Origin: an uncultured Gemmatimonadaceae bacterium | GTDB taxonomy: Bacteria > Gemmatimonadota > Gemmatimonadetes > Gemmatimonadales > Gemmatimonadaceae | Reading direction: 5' to 3' | NCBI GenBank assembly: GCA_963790305.1 | Contig: CAWBOC010000007.1 | Coordinates: 96,001-160,000, forward strand | DNA: 64,000 bases | Shown: piece after piece, positions 60,200 to 64,000 of the stretch | Numbering within the stretch: the first letter of the stretch is position 1 | Layout: every line of letters starts with the position of its first letter | Position numbers and translations under genes: made by a program | The notes under the pieces: model-generated | Databases searched by the model: none | Seen by the model: only the letters and a program-made list of their open reading frames with translations | What the model was told of the DNA's origin: nothing

Positions 60200-61852
60200 G
60201 TGCGTTTCACTGTCGTGCGATCCCTTGGCCTTGTCGCCGTAGCCGGACTACTCAGCAGTTGCAATCCGGATCGGCCGTTCCCGACCGAAGGCGACCTCCC
60301 GGCATTGGCGTCGAGCAGCGCCGGCACTCCTGCGGCGCCATCCAGCCTCGCCGCGAGCGCCGTCTCGCCTGGCCAGATCGATCTCGCATGGCGTGATAAC
60401 TCGGCCAATGAATCCGGGTTTGAGGTTCGAGGCTCCTCGGATGGACCTAACGGCTCGTTCACGCTCTGGTCGACAACACCTGCGAACACCACCGCCACGA
60501 GCTTCGCCGGCCTCGGGCCCTCGGAGACGTATTGCTTCAAGGTTCGCGCGTTCGTCACGAAGGGGAAGCAGCTCCATTACTCCGCGTTCTCCAACGCTTC
60601 GTGTGCGACGCTCTCGCCCGCGCCGAGCGCTCCGTCGGGAACCGGGGCCAAGGCCGTCAACAGCACGTCGGTCGGAATCACCTGGACCGACAACTCGAGC
60701 AACGAGGAAGGCTTCCGCGTGGAGCGTGCCGCCGGTGGCTGCGCCGCGACATGGGTGACTGCAGGGGCGACCGGCGCGAACGTCACGTCGTTCATCGACG
60801 GGGGACGGGTCCCGGATCAGGTCGTCTGCTACCGTGTGCGAGCCTTCCATGGTTCGAGCTCCTCCGCGCCATCGATCGAGGCCACGACCGTGCCGCCGAC
60901 AGCGCCGACGAGTCTCACGGTCTCGCGAGCCAGTGCGATGCCTCACCGGGCGATCGACCTGAAGTGGCTCGATAACTCCAGCGCCGAGGACGTCTATCAG
61001 ATCCAACGCGCCCCGTCGGCCGGCGGCCCGTACGAGGCAGTGAGGTATGTCGAGGTCAACTCGACGACCTATCGCGACACCGGCCTCGTCAGCAACACCA
61101 CGTACTGGTATCGCGTGCGCGCCGGCCGAAATACGGGATTCTCAGACTTCTCGAACGAGGCGTCCGCGACCACGGATCCCGCGCCCGCTCCTGCAGTACC
61201 CGCGACGCCGGAAGCCGCCACGGCCGCACCGGCAGGCAGCGCAGTCGCGACCATCAGCTGGACCGACCCCTCCTGGGATGAGGACGGCTTCCGCGTCGAG
61301 CGCTCCCTCGACGGCGGCGCGAGTTGGAGCGTCGCCGGGTCGACCGCCATCGGCGTGACATCGCTGTATGACCATGGGCAACGGAGCGAGGTGGAGCTCT
61401 GTTATCGCGTGACCGCCTTCAACGCCCAGGGTGACTCGCCGCCATCGAACGTCGACTGCACGAGACTGCCCGCAGCGCCGAGTGATGCCAGGTTCACGAC
61501 CGCCAACTCGTTCTTCTGGAAGGACAACTCCGGCACCGAAACCGGTTACCAGATCTGGTACTGCAACGAGGCGATTGGTTGCGATCACCTCGTAAGCCTG
61601 CCGGCGAACTCGCAGAGCTACGAGCCATCGTCGGTCATCCCGAGCGGGTTCTACTACCTTTTCGCCACGTATGACGGGGGCATGTCTGACGAGGTGCTCT
61701 TCGTCGAGACGTCGGGCGAAGGCATTGCCTGGTCAGCGAGCACACGGACGAATCCGCATCGCGCAACCGACATCGCGCCACGTGTGTGTGTACGTCAGTC
61801 TGGCCGGGACAATGTCATTGTCTCTCTTCGGCGCGGAGGTGTGTCATGCTGA
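60200..61852 (+). CDS. fibronectin type III repeat lipoprotein
   Basis: AGGAGG RBS, lipobox LSSC; 4-5 repeats of W.DNS..E.GF..ER...Y.YRVRA. Confidence 0.85.
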   Translation: MRFTVVRSLGLVAVAGLLSSCNPDRPFPTEGDLPALASSSAGTPAAPSSLAASAVSPGQIDLAWRDNSANESGFEVRGSSDGPNGSFTLWSTTPANTTATSFAGLGPSETYCFKVRAFVTKGKQLHYSAFSNASCATLSPAPSAPSGTGAKAVNSTSVGITWTDNSSNEEGFRVERAAGGCAATWVTAGATGANVTSFIDGGRVPDQVVCYRVRAFHGSSSSAPSIEATTVPPTAPTSLTVSRASAMPHRAIDLKWLDNSSAEDVYQIQRAPSAGGPYEAVRYVEVNSTTYRDTGLVSNTTYWYRVRAGRNTGFSDFSNEASATTDPAPAPAVPATPEAATAAPAGSAVATISWTDPSWDEDGFRVERSLDGGASWSVAGSTAIGVTSLYDHGQRSEVELCYRVTAFNAQGDSPPSNVDCTRLPAAPSDARFTTANSFFWKDNSGTETGYQIWYCNEAIGCDHLVSLPANSQSYEPSSVIPSGFYYLFATYDGGMSDEVLFVETSGEGIAWSASTRTNPHRATDIAPRVCVRQSGRDNVIVSLRRGGVSC

Positions 61853-62424
61853 CGCTCGCAAGACCGGTCGCGGTAGTCGGGCTGGTTGCGCTCCAAGCGT
61901 GCTTCGATGCCTCGCGCGATCCGGTGGCCACCGAACCGCCGGCGTTAGGCGGGGTAGCGCCGGCGTTCGCGATCGAGAACGGAGACCCCGGGCGGCGGAT
62001 CTTCCTGCGCGACCAGTGCGACCCGACGGACCCGACGTGGGCAGGTGGGTGCAGGCTGCCGAAGGGGAACGTCACTGTCGCCGAGTTCCAGGCGGCGTTC
62101 GCGGAGCACGGGGGGCATCCGCTGTGGCGGTTTTCTCCGATCGCGGCGGCCGTCGAGAGCGGGGAGACGCTCGAGATCGTGAACGTGGGCGGCAGGGTGC
62201 ACACCTTCACCCGCGTCGCCGCATTCGGCGGAGGGGCGGTCCCTGGGCTGAACAACGGTCAGCCGACGATCCCGGAGTGCCGAACTCCACCCCCGCTCGT
62301 GCGCGTCCTGCCGCAGGGCACGTCGTCGATCACCTTCACCGGTAGTGGGGAGCAGCTCTTCATGTGCTGTTTTCATCCGTGGATGCGGTCGATCATTCAC
62401 GTCAGGGAGCACCAAGGGAGCTGA
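61846..62424 (+). CDS. cupredoxin-like lipoprotein
   Basis: GGAGG RBS, LQAC, HTFT and C-x2-H-x2-M (CCFHPWM). Confidence 0.75.
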   Translation: MLTLARPVAVVGLVALQACFDASRDPVATEPPALGGVAPAFAIENGDPGRRIFLRDQCDPTDPTWAGGCRLPKGNVTVAEFQAAFAEHGGHPLWRFSPIAAAVESGETLEIVNVGGRVHTFTRVAAFGGGAVPGLNNGQPTIPECRTPPPLVRVLPQGTSSITFTGSGEQLFMCCFHPWMRSIIHVREHQGS

Positions 62425-62435
62425 AGCGGGCGTTC

Positions 62436-62507
62436 GAGTGGAGAGTGGAGAGTGGAGAGTGGAGAGTGGGGAGTGCACTCCCCACTCCCCACGCCCCACT
62501 CTCCACT
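62436..62507. repeat. GRGAGTG heptamer palindrome
   Basis: (gagtgga)4 gagtggggagtgcactccccactcccc... centred on GTGCAC. Confidence 0.85.
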
Positions 62508-64000
62508 ACCTGGCCAGCGGATCCGGCCGGAGCTGGAACCGGTACGCCTTGGGGGTGGTCCCCTTCCCCCCTCCATATGGAAGGGCGCGCGCGTGCTGAT
62601 GGTGGCCCAGAGACCCCGCCCCTTCCAGCCGGCGTCCGCATCGTCGATGCGGCCGTCGAGCCACTTGGTGTAGAACCCCATCGGATACGGCACACGAAGG
62701 ACGACGAACTTGCCGTCCTTCAGGACGAGAAGCCCTTCGGACTGGTTCCCTGTGTTGATCGGCACGTTCTCGCCGAGGCCGAGCGTGTTGAACTGGTCCA
62801 CCCAGGTGTAGTAGCTCCCTTCCCCACCACCCGGACTGGTGACGTTGCCGAGCTGCGGGAGAGGCTCGACGTAGAAGGTCCATCCCCTCCGGACAGTGCT
62901 GGCCCGTCGCGTTAGGCCCGTTGAGCGGTCCGCGGCACTTGCGCCGGTCGAAGCTGGCCATGTGTCCGCTCGCCAGCGCGGCCCAGTACACGCCGTTCCG
63001 ATCTACGTCACCGCCGCGCGGAGAGAAGCCCGCGTTCGCGACGGCCGGGTTGTTCCACGGTACCTCGAAGACCTCGGTGAGCGCGGTCTCGGACGGATTC
63101 GCGCCGGGGGTCATCCGGAATACCGCGCCGGGGAACCCGAACATCGTTCCCCACACCGATCCGTCCGGCGCCGGCGCCAGCGCGTACGGACCGCCGCCGT
63201 ACTGCCCCGGCTGAATGCGCTTGTCCTTGGTGGGATCGGCGGGCGCGTTAGGCTCGACGTACTCGTCGCGCCGACCGTTGCCGTTCATGTCCATGATCAG
63301 CGGGGTCCATCCCTGCGCCCTTTCCTCGTCGCCCGTCTCGTCCCACAGCCTGGTGTTCAACCACCCGATTACCTGCCCGCCACCGCTCGTCCACAGCGTT
63401 CGGTTGGCATCCTCGGCGAACATCAGGTGGTGCGTGCCGAAGCAGGTGCCGACGTGTTTCAGCTCCTTCGTCTTTGGATCGTACACGGCCAGGTGGCGGC
63501 CGGAGTTGTTGAGCGGGAAGACGCGAGCCGACGGATGGCTCGACCCCGCCTTGCAGAAGTCCGGGTTGTCGGGCGGACGAACCCTGGAGGTGATCCAGAC
63601 GCGCCCCGTCTCGTCGAACATCGGGTTGTGCACGTTCGCCTTGCTGGTCCAAATCGCCTCGGTGGACCAGTAGGGCGAGGGGCCAGCCACCTGCGGCGGC
63701 GCGGCCCGCGGAGTGTTGGGATCGCGCACCGTAACCGGCACTCGCGTCACCGTATGGGTCGTCGGGTCGAGCACCGGCATGTAGTCGGCGCTCGCCTCGA
63801 GCACGCCGTACACCAGACCGTTCGCGTTGACGGTGGGATTGCGGCGGTCGGTCGAGACCAGGTCGTGCATGTACGCTTTCGGGTCGGCCCAGTCCCACAT
63901 GGTGATGACGACGTTGCGCTCGATCCCCTGCGGGCGCGGCGGCGTGGGCGGGACCTCGCCCGACGCGATCCGGTCGGTCCAGTCGGCGAACATCCGCAGC
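62506..64000 (-). CDS. conserved large beta-propeller protein ('carboxypeptidase regulatory-like domain' family), 5' partial, frameshifts near 62880 and 62575
   Basis: FADWTDRI, RPQGIERNVV.T.WDW, TCF.THHL, LRVPYPMGFY.K, FQLRPDPLA. Confidence 0.7.
   Translation of the reverse strand, partial: LRMFADWTDRIASGEVPPTPPRPQGIERNVVITMWDWADPKAYMHDLVSTDRRNPTVNANGLVYGVLEASADYMPVLDPTTHTVTRVPVTVRDPNTPRAAPPQVAGPSPYWSTEAIWTSKANVHNPMFDETGRVWITSRVRPPDNPDFCKAGSSHPSARVFPLNNSGRHLAVYDPKTKELKHVGTCFGTHHLMFAEDANRTLWTSGGGQVIGWLNTRLWDETGDEERAQGWTPLIMDMNGNGRRDEYVEPNAPADPTKDKRIQPGQYGGGPYALAPAPDGSVWGTMFGFPGAVFRMTPGANPSETALTEVFEVPWNNPAVANAGFSPRGGDVDRNGVYWAALASGHMASFDRRKCRGPLNGPNATGQHCPEGMDLLRRASPAARQRHQSGWWGRELLHLGGPVQHARPRRERADQHREPVRRASRPEGRQVRRPSCAVSDGVLHQVARRPHRRCGRRLEGAGSLGHHQHARALPYGGGKGTTPKAYRFQLRPDPLAR

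Overview
This is a GC-rich bacterial chromosomal window; its gene content suggests Gemmatimonadota or a similar lineage (inference). In order it carries: two PAP2 phosphatases; a CHRD lipoprotein; two paralogous secreted proteins; a sorbosone/glucose dehydrogenase; msrPQ; an orphan PBECR3-like nuclease; and an ~18 kb alpha-glucan/trehalose operon (glgE-treS-mak-treZ-glgX-glgB-malQ-treY-glgP). Next come a Ser/Thr kinase-TPR gene and a Wzm/Wzt glycan locus with unusual PP-loop tailoring enzymes. The last third holds ArsR-SRPBCC, PadR-duplicated permease, BlaI-M56/HEAT, a two-component pair, a SARP-TPR regulator and several lipoproteins. About 14 frameshifts are scattered through conserved genes and look like sequencing errors. 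No rRNA, tRNA, CRISPR array or transposase was recognised. The most unusual signals are at the DNA level. (1) The 7-mer GTTAGGC/GCCTAAC recurs at least 17 times, embedded in genes through rare codons in three reading frames. (2) Several families of heptamer/nonamer-based palindromic (REPIN/MITE-like) elements abut stop codons; one is nested and one heptamer run lies inside a gene. (3) The nuclease gene is bracketed by 10-bp inverted and direct repeats. Start codons were adjusted by eye from the ORF track, and no database searches were run.
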